Below, one piece after another: positions 27,031 through 37,276 of a stretch of DNA of 64,000 nucleotides. Made by a program: the position numbers and the translations under genes. Every line of letters begins with the position of its first letter. The first letter of the stretch is position 1. The stretch spans positions 110,298,001-110,362,000 of the forward strand of contig NC_043002.1 of the NCBI RefSeq assembly GCF_006345805.1, in the 5' to 3' direction. Source of the DNA: Octopus sinensis. Lineage: Eukaryota. The notes beneath the pieces are model-generated. The model was not told the origin of the DNA. It saw only the letters and a list, made by a program, of their open reading frames with translations, and made no database searches.

Positions 27031-27390
27031 AATAACTGTAGTTAGTTATTGCATGGCATTTACAATATGATGCAAACTTATTGCACGTCCAATATATTTC
27101 GGTTCCAATTTGCTTATCTTTTACAAATATGAAACCATCAATTTTGAGCATGGGGGGGCTTGTCTTTTTCACTATCAGTATATCCAGCTATTTTTAAAGG
27201 GTATATAGATTCCAGGTAAATCAGCAGGAGCAAAGTATTTTCTGTCTTTCACTTTCTGGTAATGTATGTCACTGGCACATGTTCAAATCAACAAATTGTC
27301 AATTCGAATAATTTTATTTCACTAAATTGGCAATTCAAATAACTTTTTCTAATAATTGTTTTCAAACAATAGTTTTTGAACAATTTTCAT

Positions 27391-27793
27391 GATAGGCGCA
27401 GGAGTGGCTGTGTGGTAAGTAGCTTGCTAACCAGCCACATGGTTCCGGGTTCAGTCCCACTGCGTGGCATCTTGGGCAAGTGTCTTCTGCTATAGCCCCG
27501 GGTCGACCAATGCCTTGTGAGTGGATTTGGTAGATGGAAACTGAAAGAAGCCTGTCGTATATATGTATATGTATATGTATGTGTGTGTTTGTGTGTCTGT
27601 GTTTGTCCCACCAACATCGCTTGACAACCGATGGTGGTGTATTTACGTCCCCGTCACTTAGAGGTTTGGCAAAAAGAGACCGATAGAATAAGTACTGGGC
27701 TTACAAAGAATAAGTCCCGGGACGATTTGCTCGACTAAAGGCGGTGCTCCAGCATGGCTGCAGTCATATGACTGAAACAAGTAAAAGAGAGAG
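27391..27793 (+). mobile_element. SINE family C
   Basis: Full head ATAGGCGCAGGAGTGG through to the tail. Confidence 0.9.
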
Positions 27794-28288
27794 TATATGG
27801 GTGAAGTGGAGGATTAAACCAGATTATCTTTCTCATTCTGGTCTGTTTCATGTGTAAAACTTCTCTGTAAACTCACTTCTCGCCAATGCATCATTGTAGT
27901 TGGAGTGGCTCTGTTGAAGCTCACCCTGTTTACTGAAAGCTTAGATATTCTACTAACACCTGAGACAAGGTTTTTAATTACAGTGGTGGTGGAAAATTTG
28001 AGATTCTGTGGATGTATATAGTTTCCTCATTGGCTTCTTGTAAGGGTATTACTTGCTTGTTTTCAGCTCTAGAGTCACAGCAAGAAATCAACCATGGTCA
28101 AGTTGATGGTAACTGCTATGGACAGGCCAAATTCTTTGAATATTTTTATCAGATCCTTTATGTACTTGTCCAGTAGCAATCTTGGACTTCCTGCATTTCT
28201 CCATTAGGTAATCTGAGCCTGAACAAGTTACATTTCTGTTAAACCTAGTTGAAGCTGAATCAAACTGTTTTAAATAATAATAATAATA

Positions 28289-28319
<31 letters not shown>

Positions 28320-28323
28320 AATG

Positions 28324-28470
28324 CAAAAATCAACATTTCTTGGAACTGCAAGGCTTCTTCGCAGAGTTCTTGAAACATGACCAGTAAACAAATGTCACCT
28401 TAGTTTGCGGGCTGTGAACAGCTGACACTTTCCATCATACCCAGCAAAATAAGCTGTGAGTTTTTAACAC

Positions 28471-28471
<1 letters not shown>
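28324..28471 (+). mobile_element. Extreme 3' end of an R4/Dong-like LINE inside (TAA)n
   Basis: Encodes QKSTFLGTARLLRRVLET* plus a short 3'UTR; (TAA)n on both sides (28273-28322, 28472-28518). Confidence 0.7.
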
Positions 28472-28518
<47 letters not shown>

Positions 28519-28519
<1 letters not shown>

Positions 28520-29431
28520 CAGGCTGGGCTCTCATGGCTTCTCATCTTCATGTTAAAGATGGGCTACAACAAATATTCTGCTCAATACCACAGATTTGCT
28601 TGTCAGCTGCTTGACCTAAACCAGTTGAGCATGTCCCTTGGTGGCTGATGATATGTGCATCTCTAACCATGAGCATGAGTAGTAGGTGAACATCATAACC
28701 ATATAATGAAAAGCATTCTTTGGGTTTGAATAATTCACCCCAGCTAATGTGGATGTCTTAAACAACCCATATTCAGGGACCTTTTGAGTGAGATGGGTTA
28801 TTTGACCTGTTGAAAATTCTGGGTCCAACCTGTAAGGTCATGCACTGTTTATCTTGATATGAAACTATCATGTTGTACACACGCTTGTGATGCATATGCC
28901 TGGTGTTCTCGTATCAGATGGGTGGTCATGATGGGTATATTGGGTTTCATATTTTTGTACCTTGCATCACTTTGATAATGTGTGCTGCTTTCTCACCCAA
29001 TAATAATGATAATATTCTGCTCAGTACCACAGATTTGCTTGTCAGTTGTTTGACCTTAACCTTAATGGCTGATGATATGTGCATCTCTGATCACAAGCAG
29101 GAGTAGTTGGGGAGCATCATAGCCGTGTGTTGAGAAGAATTGCTTAAGGTTTGGATAATTCACCTCTGGAAACATGGGTGTTGCATTCAACATCCTTAAA
29201 CAACCCCTATTTGAGACCTTTTGAGTGGGATGGGCAACTCAACCTGAAGAAAATTCTAACTGGGCCCCACCTGCAAGTTCATGCGCTGTTAATCTTGATA
29301 TGAGATCACCATATGGTTGTGATGCATGTGCCTGGTGTACCCTTATCAGACAGGTAGTCAAGATGGGTATACTGGGTTTTGTATATTTTACCCCAGTGTC
29401 ACATTGATGCCATGCACTGCTCTCTCGCTCA
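28519..29431 (+). mobile_element. Two tandem copies of repeat family E
   Basis: Copies at 28519-28999 and 29011-29431, each followed by (AAT)n. Confidence 0.8.
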
Positions 29432-29433
29432 GC

Positions 29434-29481
<48 letters not shown>

Positions 29482-29483
29482 CT

Positions 29484-29696
29484 TTTCTATTCTAGGTACA
29501 AGGCCCGAAAATTTTGGGGAAGGGGCTAGTCGATTAGATCAATCCCAGTATGCAACTGGTACTTAATTTATCAACCCCAAAAGGATGAAAGGCAAAATCA
29601 ATCTTGGCAGAATTTGAACTCAGAACATAAAGACAGATGAAATACTGCAAAGCATTTCACCTGGCATGCTAACATTTCTGCCAGCTCACCGCCTTA
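29484..29696 (-). mobile_element. SINE family D, older variant
   Basis: Reverse complement of the family D head and body with a different 3' part. Confidence 0.75.
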
Positions 29697-30439
29697 AAGA
29701 ATAATAATCACACACACACACACACACACACACACATTCATACATTCTAAAGTATTTTAAGTATAGCAACAGGATTTTGAGATTAGATAAACTAAAGCTT
29801 ATTTAAGTATGATTTTTGTTAAAAATCGTTTCATGAATCTCTTGGAGTTGCTTTGATGTATTCCTTATTTTCTAATCTTCAGAACTATATAGAACATTAA
29901 TAAGGATTAGTTGTGCTGTGATCTCTTTATGTCTAAATTTTGAAATAGATGAAAATATCTGAAAAATCAAATTTTTTTACACGATTTTAGATAATATTTT
30001 TGATAACATTTCGCTTTATATCTTTTTAAATTTGGCTTTTAATTATTAAGATCATAATTAAGCACAAAGTAATCTAATTCACAAAAAGACAAAAATTTGT
30101 CATTTGAATAACAAACTTATCAAGTAAATATAACAGCTATAACAAAAACAAACCACATCCATTCTCTTCTAAAAGCACACCAACACACATATACTTGTGA
30201 ACCTACATACAATTACACATACATATACACATACTTGCATCTACTCAAAATTCTAGTCTTTTAAAGAAATCACTATCCACTTCAGAAATACTTTAACAAA
30301 TGTTTTTGACAAAATATATATGGAAGGAAATCTAATCGTATGATTGCTTCTTAGAACAAAAGTATGATGAGATTCAAGTTTTCTATGTGAAACAAGTCAT
30401 ACATTTTCTCATTTTCTATACATGCATATATATATATAT

Positions 30440-30953
30440 ATGAAAATAGTAATGCAATACGAGAGTATTGCTTTCCAGTAAAGGATAGCCCGTGAGGGTA
30501 AAATTATACATAAAAGTAAATAAATGGTACAACGAAGTACCGATATTTACTGGAAATAGCGAACGTAATAAATACGACGCTAATGTATAGCTTCACTGCG
30601 TATGTACTAGTAAAGATGCGTGTGTGCAACAAACATGAAAAAAATTGTCTTACCTCTAGGAAGAACATCTGAAAAATGAAAAACCTAGATAACGGCTAAT
30701 GCAGTACCGGTTTCGGATTTTTCAAAATACGAATGCCAATCGTATAATTGATTTATCCTCATCAGCTGCATAAACCTCAACAATATTTCAAATGTTGCCA
30801 CATCTATACCAGTACACTCGTCTGAACGCCGAAACGTTAACAGAGCGAGAACAGTGAAGAAGTTTCAATGAAAATAGTAATGCAATACGAGAGTATTGCT
30901 TTCCAGTAAAGAATAGCCCGTGAGGGTAAAATTATACATAAAAGTAAATAAAT
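30440..30953 (-). mobile_element. Non-coding hammerhead-bearing element (Penelope pLTR-like or retrozyme-like), 428-bp period with 86-bp direct repeats
   Basis: 30440-30525 matches 30868-30953 with one mismatch; (TA)n on both sides; internal hammerhead motif. Confidence 0.7.
30699..30771 (-). ncRNA. Type I minimal hammerhead ribozyme with intact catalytic core
   Basis: Minus strand reads ATGCAG CTGATGA GGAT [..ATACGA-loop-TCGTAT..] ATCC GAAA CCGG TA CTGCAT: 6-bp stem I, GGAT/ATCC stem II, palindromic ACCGGT stem III, GUA cleavage site. Confidence 0.85.
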
Positions 30954-30975
30954 CTTGATATATATATATATATAT

Positions 30976-31370
30976 AAATTTTTTTTCAGAATGAAATAAA
31001 AAATCAAGGCTGTGAAGATTTTAGAACATTTATAAATAGAAGGTATTATAGCTCTTTTCCAGGATATTTATTGTATCCCTTCATCGGAGACGGTGTGAGA
31101 AAATGGTTAAGCAATAGTTAATTTAGATAAGATATGAAATAGAGAGTGAAGTGGAGGAATGAAAATAGACGTGAGATATGCAGGGATTCCTCCACTTCAC
31201 TCTCTATTTCACATCTTATCTAAATTAACTATTGCTTAACCATTTTCTCACACCGTCTCCGATGAAGGGATATAATAAATATCCTGGAAACAGCTGTAAG
31301 ACCTTCTATTTATGAATGTTCTAAAATCTTCACAGCCTTGGTTTTTTTATCTCATTCTGAAAATAAATTT
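30976..31370. repeat. About 185-bp inverted repeat (arms 30976-31160 and 31186-31370), pLTR-like, each arm with a hammerhead-like motif
   Basis: The arms are reverse complements with roughly ten differences; 25-bp spacer. Confidence 0.85.
31255..31302 (+). ncRNA. Hammerhead-like motif (variant core CCGATGA)
   Basis: GTCT CCGATGA AG GGATAT aataa ATATCC TG GAAA CAGCTG TA AGAC; palindromic ACAGCTGT stem III. A more decayed mirror copy lies at 31044-31091 (minus). Confidence 0.6.
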
Positions 31371-31530
31371 TTTATATGTACACATGCTGATATATGACCC
31401 ACATTGGACTCCTTATTTACATAATCACCGAACATGGAGCTTAACTATGGTCTGTCCATAGCACTTACTCAGCATTACCTGACACCTTTGGTCTTAATAA
31501 CACCATTACCTCTCATAACTTCTCTCTCTT

Positions 31531-31564
<34 letters not shown>

Positions 31565-31755
31565 ACGTTATATAATTAGGGCTCAGTAAAATAATTTACT
31601 TTACCACATACTGAAACTTTTAGAAATAGCAGCCAAAAAGTTTTTTTAGCCATTTCTACTACTGTAAGAAAAGTCTCCCAGATAGTGTTTACTCAAAAAT
31701 AATTCACGTAGATATGGAGGGAAAAACAGCAAAATATCACATGTACAAAGATCAT

Positions 31756-31818
31756 TTGAGAACGTTAACGTTTCTAGATTAGTCGAATTAAAACTCGACA
31801 TTGCTTTCGTCAGCTCAA
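31756..31818 (-). ncRNA. Hammerhead-like motif within a about 350-bp (TA)n-flanked element (31566-31915)
   Basis: Minus strand reads TTGAG CTGACGA ..GTCGA-loop-TCGAC.. GAAA C GTTAAC G TT CTCAA: 5-bp stem I, palindromic ACGTTAACGT stem III, GUU triplet. Confidence 0.6.
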
Positions 31819-31919
31819 CATTTCTTAATTTGGATTTGAAAGCACTAAAAAATTGAACATACCCGTCTGATATGAATCACCTCAGACAAACCATCTCCAA
31901 ACTGCCAGTGCCAGCATAT

Positions 31920-31972
<53 letters not shown>

Positions 31973-32059
31973 CCTTTTATTCTTTTTTAATTTAGAGTTA
32001 ATTTTGACCAGCCAGCTGCTTGGTATCAAGATTATGAAGGAAAGCATTTTGTTTTGTTC

Positions 32060-32455
32060 ATCACTCTTTAAATCTCAAGAAGGTCTTGCAGGTTTTATAG
32101 ACCCAGATATCGTAGTCATTTGTAGTGTTGCAATCTCTCCCCAAGAATCCAAGTTTCGCCATATTTTGCTCCAGATGGGTTGGTACATATCCAGTACTAA
32201 TAGGTAATGAAGCTGAAAGTATATCTTGGTATCTGGATTTGTGAACTCCTTATCAATAGCCCATAGATGTCCTCTTTCTACTGTATATGTCTGATCACAT
32301 TAGTGTTCAGAGGGCTGCTGCTTTCCACAATGGCACGTCTTTTTCTTGTGGTCCCACACAACAATATCTGGCAAGTTGTGTTTTAACTTGATGGCTGTTT
32401 TAATTTTTTTAAGTTCAGTCAATATCCTTTTGACACATCAGTCTCAATATAGTGA
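32060..32455 (-). mobile_element. R4/Dong-like LINE 3' fragment (same family as 9860-10375)
   Basis: IKTAIKLKHNLPDIVVWD..IVESSSPLNTNV..LGFLG.., ending in a degenerate KxCKTFLRFK*. Confidence 0.7.
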
Positions 32456-34689
32456 ACTTGGTAAGTATTTCATAAAGGACCCGTTCATACCTTGGTTTGA
32501 AATAATATTTTTTCTACAGGTTTTTTGTGTACATTCAACATAGCAGACCTCCAAACTCACTGCAGAAAACAAAGTGGGAAGGGGTGGTTGGGACCTCGGA
32601 ATTTCCCACCAATGGAGTTTTGTTTCACAGGTTTTTTCGCCAGGTTATTTCACATGCTTTCAACAAATGTGACATTGAAAAGGAAAGATTTGGCTGCTAT
32701 TTCTTGCACTCTGTGCTACCACATAACAGCTATTTGTGATAAAGTACCCGTCAATATTTCACTGTGAAAACATCAAGATGGGGAAGATGTGAGATTCGTT
32801 GAAAGTATGCGTTGAGTTCCTTCGTTCGCATGGAGTATTACCAAAAATAGTGATATGTCCATATTGTAGCAATGAATGTATTTATTGAGAAGACAAACAT
32901 TTATGATGGTGTAGAAGAAATCATGTCATTCCTAAAGAAAAGACGCTTTTGTAACTATCCTGTTTTCAATTTCAAAAGTTTGTTTTTGGACAATGTTCAC
33001 ATTCCTTCATGGAAAGTTATGCTTTTTGTAAACCAATTTGCGAGTCACTTATGGGACCATAAAGTGGTGGAAAATGCCTGAAAATGCCCATAAAGAGCAC
33101 CACGGATTGGTGATCGTTTTGTAGCGAAGTGAAGGACATGAGGTTTACACAGTAGTGGTTTTGGTGTGGAAGTGGAGTTCTACGAAACTTTGATTGTTCA
33201 AAGAAAATATGTAGAGGGTTGACTTCTGAGCAAAATTTGGTTGTTTGGTGGAATCAAATGAGCAATTAAATGCTTGTAGTAAAAAGCATTTTAGCAAAGT
33301 ATTTTTGAATGGAAATAAACTAGAGTTGGTTTGTAAGAAAATTCTTTCGGCAGTAATTTGCTAGTAAAGCAAATTTAATTTGAACAGACTCATTTTATTG
33401 GTTGAAAAATATACTAGCCAAAGCTGTCCTGGTTTTTGACCAAAATGATTCCAAAAGATTGTTTCTGGACGCTTCTAGAAGTTTCCAATGAAGGTTATAA
33501 AAACCACAATTTTTCCATGTTTTTTAGTGACATTTACAATATCCTCATGAGGCTATGTCACTCACAGCCTTGTGTGCCACGTAGTGTTGAAATGTCTGAC
33601 ATTAGTGTAATAGATGCGGCATTATTCTATGTTATGACCTTATCATTTATCTAAACTTTTTCCGTAGAATACTTTGATGGATTAGTTAAGGAATTTTAAG
33701 AAAAACTTCTGCCACCCCTCATTTTCTCCCAAATTTGTTTATTTAAAAAATTTTTTTTGCCGAAAACCCCCATTTTCGGATACGGCGGTTCCGGAAAATT
33801 GCCAAAAATCGGCATTGTGAAATTTTTTTCCCCCTTCCCCCAGTTAAATTCTTCAATTTTGAGTTTTTTCCCCAACTCTAACCCTAACCATAACTACATA
33901 AATGCTTTGAAATTTTTGTCCGAATCATGATGTATGTATTTTCCCACATATTTAGAACAAAAAAAAAAATTCTTAAAAAAGTTTTGGAAATATTTTTCAT
34001 AAATTTTTTTCATAAATCTCCGTATTTTTTGCATATTTAATAAAAAAAAAAAAAAAAGCATTTCTGAAAAAAGTAAAAAAATGAAGGAAATGTGGTAATT
34101 TAAAAATGCCAATTTTTGCCAATGTTTTAGCAGATTCATATTCCTTGTAGCTGAAAAGGGGAGGGTTTGTGTCGAAACAAAAAGATTTAAAAGAAAGGGT
34201 GGTTTTTGGTGGGGAGGGGGCAGAAGTTTTGCAAAATTTTATTCTTGTCATCTCTTCACGACTAGTTATCTTTAGGAAAAAAAAAACTAGAATATATTGA
34301 CTTGGCTTACTCTTCAAGAGTGAACGAAGGGGGATTACTCCTGATATATATATATATTTTGCAATTGTACTTATTTATCTCTGTAGAATAAAAGAAGTAT
34401 TCACCAAAATAATGCGACTCTGATCTTTTGCATTTGATAATGCTTGTTCTATTAACTACTTCAAGTTGCAAGAGAAAGCCATAAAAGAAAAAGATTTGTA
34501 TGTGACATACAACGTATCTATACAACATATTCAGTTTGCAATCAAAACCTTGTGGAGCTGTTGCACCAAGACATGTTTTCTACTTAAATTAACTGTCCTG
34601 ATAGTTGAACTGCTAACCCCTAGACAACTAGAACAGTTGAACTGACAACCAGAACTCATCTATTTAGTTCAGTTAATTATTGCAAATTA

Positions 34690-35229
34690 TCTGGCAGTGT
34701 TTCTACAGCTGGATGCCCTTCCTAACGCCAACCACTCCGTGAGTGTAGTGGGTGCTTTTTACGTGCCACCGGCATAGGTGCCAAGGGAGGCTGACATCAT
34801 CCACGATTGGTTGGTGCTTTTAACGTGCCACCAGCACAGAAGCCAGCTAAGGTGGCGCTGACATCGCCCACATTCGGATGGTGCTTTTTATGTGCCACTG
34901 TCTGGCTTCTGTGCCGGTGGCACATAAAAAGCACCATCCGAACGTGGCTGATGCCAGCGCCACCTTCGCTGGCTTCCATGCCGGTGGCACGTTAAAAGCA
35001 CCAACCGATCGTGGCCAATGCCAGTCTCCCCTGGTACCTGTGCTGGTGGCACGTAAAAAGCACCCACTACACTCGCGGAGTGGTTGGCGTTAGGAAGGGC
35101 ATCCAGCTGTAGAAACACTGCCAGATCAGACTGGAGCCTGGTGCAGCCCCTGGCTTCCCAGACCCCGGTCAAACCGTCCAACCCGTGCTAGCGCGGAAAA
35201 CGGACATTAAACGATGATGATGATGATGA
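34690..35229 (+). mobile_element. RTE 3'UTR insertion with an inverted 5' duplicate (arms 34690-34900 and 34917-35124)
   Basis: Arms about 90% identical; (GAT)n tail; TSD-like AATTATTGCAAATT / AATTGTTACAAATT. Confidence 0.8.
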
Positions 35230-35537
35230 ATTGTTACAAATTTACAAGGAAAGAAGTGTGACAGCACCACACGTGTTCCTCTCATTCAACAATATATTAA
35301 ACCTGGGAGTATAGTGTGTAGTGATACCTGGCCAACCTACAAGTACTTAAATTCTTTAGGTTATCAGTTTTTTTGCTGTTAACCACTGTAAAAATTTTCT
35401 GGATAACACACATAAAAACACACACACAAAACATTGAAAGACTCCGGAGAAACATAAAAGAATCAATCCTAAGGCCAGGAATTCAATCAAAATATCTGCA
35501 ACAATATCTTGCAAGATATTTATTTATAATTTCTCCA

Positions 35538-35873
35538 TCTTGGGCAAGTGTCTTCTGCTATAGCCCCGGGCCGACCAATGCCTTGTGAGTGGATTTGGTA
35601 GACGGAAACTGAAAGAAGCCTGTCGTATATATGTATATATATATAAATGTGTGTGTATATGTTTATGTGTCTGTGTTTGTCCCCCTAGCATTGCTTGACA
35701 ACCGATGCTGGTGTGTTTACGTCCCCGCCACTTAGCGGTTCAGCAAGCGAGACCGATAGAATAAGTACTGGGCCTACAAAGAATAGGTCCCGGGGTCGAT
35801 TTGCTCGACTAAAGACGGTGCTCCAGCATGGCCACAGTCAAATGACTGAAACAAGTAAAAGAGTTAAAAGAGA
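35538..35873 (+). mobile_element. 5'-truncated SINE family C inside the Merlin ORF
   Basis: Starts at the CORE-like segment; Merlin coding sequence resumes after the tail. Confidence 0.85.
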
Positions 35874-36307
35874 GTTATGAAGAAAGTCTGTCGCACAAGT
35901 TCTTCATAGAGGTAGCCAAGTTATACCCTGCTCTCTCGGGTCATCACCATCAAACAGTTACCAACGAAGACTGAGCGGAAGAAGAAAGTTTGTAAGGTGT
36001 TTTTAATGTTTTTTGCTCTTTCACCTTTACTTTTATTTCTACCTCCCAAAAGAAAACTCTATGGGGTTTCTCAGAGTATGCCACCCTATTCTTTTTTTTT
36101 TTTTAGGAAAAAAAAGTGGCTTGTGGTAGGTTTGAAGATCAGATACGTTGATACTTTAAAAAATCTGTGGAAAAAAATTATTTCATACTGAGGTACAATG
36201 GGTCCTTTATGAAGTATTTACTGATATATATGTATACACACACACATATATATATATGACAGACACCTACCTTGTTCATTTGAATCTAATAGAAACTTCT
36301 ATTCCTA

Positions 36308-37006
36308 TGAGAGCTGTACAAGCTGTGTACAGGGATGCTACCAGTAAAGTGAGGGTTGGCAAGTAAAGAATTCAGGGTACAAGTAGGGGTTCACCAAGGA
36401 TCGGTGCTCAACTCTCTCTCATTCATCACAGTCCTCCAGGCAATAACAAAGGAATTCAAGACAGGCTGTTCCTGGGAGCTCCGACCTTGCTCTTATAGCT
36501 GAACCACTACCAGAACTAAACAAGTTCTAGGTATGGAAACAAGGTCTAGAATTGAAGGGCCTTAGAGTTAACCTGGTAAAATCTAAAGTCTTAGCAAGTA
36601 GGAAGGTAGACAAATGACAAATCCCTTCAGGTAAATGACTCTGCATGATCTGTAGAAAAGGTGTAGGTAGAAGCTCCATAAGATGCACCCAATGTAAGCT
36701 TTCAGCACATAAAAGGTGCAGCAATATCAGAGGAAGGTTAAAAGGGAAACTAGCTTTTGTATGTGTCAGATGCACAAGTATAATGAACAGTGAAAATAGG
36801 CAGAAAATTGACTCCATCAAGTGCCAGTGGGGCACGCTAGAGGTAGTAGATAGCTTCCATTATCTAGGTGACCAAATTAGTACTGGATGCAGATACTCCA
36901 ATAGTATAAACTGTGAGAATAAGATTCGATTGGTCAAAGTTGAGAGAGCGCCTACCTCTGCTGGCAACAAAGGGCCAATCTCTCAGAAGGAAAGGCAAAT
37001 TGTTTG
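36308..37006 (+). mobile_element. Decayed internal fragment of the RTE family at 46383-49328
   Basis: Colinear with about 47270-47990 (CRKGVGRSSIRCTQCK zinc-finger-like region), with deletions and stops. Confidence 0.85.
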
Positions 37007-37276
37007 ATGTTATAACAGACAAGCTAGATGAGAAGTATATTTTAAACGTAGGGAAAGAAAAAGGAAAGGAAGGACCTTAAACGTAACAGTTGGCGAGTGA
37101 AAGAGGTAAGTAAGGGGAGAGAAGAGGAACGCATTGTTAAATGACGCTGTACAAGAGACGAATAGGAAGAGGAAGGATACTTCTCATAAGGAGAGAAAGA
37201 AAGATAGGTGGCGGAATATGTGTAACAAACGTACACAAAATAAAATTTCTTATATATGTGTATACAAAAGTGTATA

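Larger units (their letters stand above)
24740..27200 (-). mobile_element. MULE (Mutator-like) transposon relic with N-terminal FLYWCH domain, internally deleted and doubly interrupted
   Basis: DGFIFVKDKQIGTEIYWTCNKF..CKCHAIT (27040-27140) continues after the RTE as SEVVKVSHKHNH. ORF 25378-25734 has VDGTFKTIPQLF and CALLPDKK. GLPRTNNALVGWH and HTIWKLVDALRREQ follow. The terminal HGIAYNLTL* is split by SINE A. Confidence 0.85.
32460..36222 (+). mobile_element. Merlin (IS1595-related) DNA transposon with about 85-bp imperfect TIRs and three nested insertions
   Basis: Left end GGTAAGTATTTCATAAAGGACCC, right end GGGTCCTTTATGAAGTATTTAC. Transposase pieces ICPYC, GFGVEVEFYETL..RKY..WLFGGI (33150-33260), YIKPGSIVCSDTWPTY..VNH..HTQNIE (35290-35440) and FFIEVAKLYP (35900-35930). 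No TSD seen. Confidence 0.8.

Noticed and set aside
27877-27932. Candidate minus-strand exon (ctttcag acceptor, GTGAGT donor, two open frames)
   Set aside because: No recognisable peptide and it cannot be linked to the 3558-3619 exon. Similar unsupported candidates lie at 9120-9168 (minus), near 12363 (minus donor) and 7127-7168 (plus, stops in all frames).
29826-29882. Hammerhead-like CTGAAGA..CATGAAACGAT on the minus strand
   Set aside because: It resembles the 12787 motif, but stems II and III and the cleavage triplet are absent; too decayed to call.
30824-30850. Second hammerhead (CTGAACGCCGAAACGTTAAC) on the plus strand
   Set aside because: Lacks the G-A of CUGANGA, stem II and the UH cleavage site.
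33875-33895. Telomeric repeat
   Set aside because: Only about two CCCTAA-like units; not an array.
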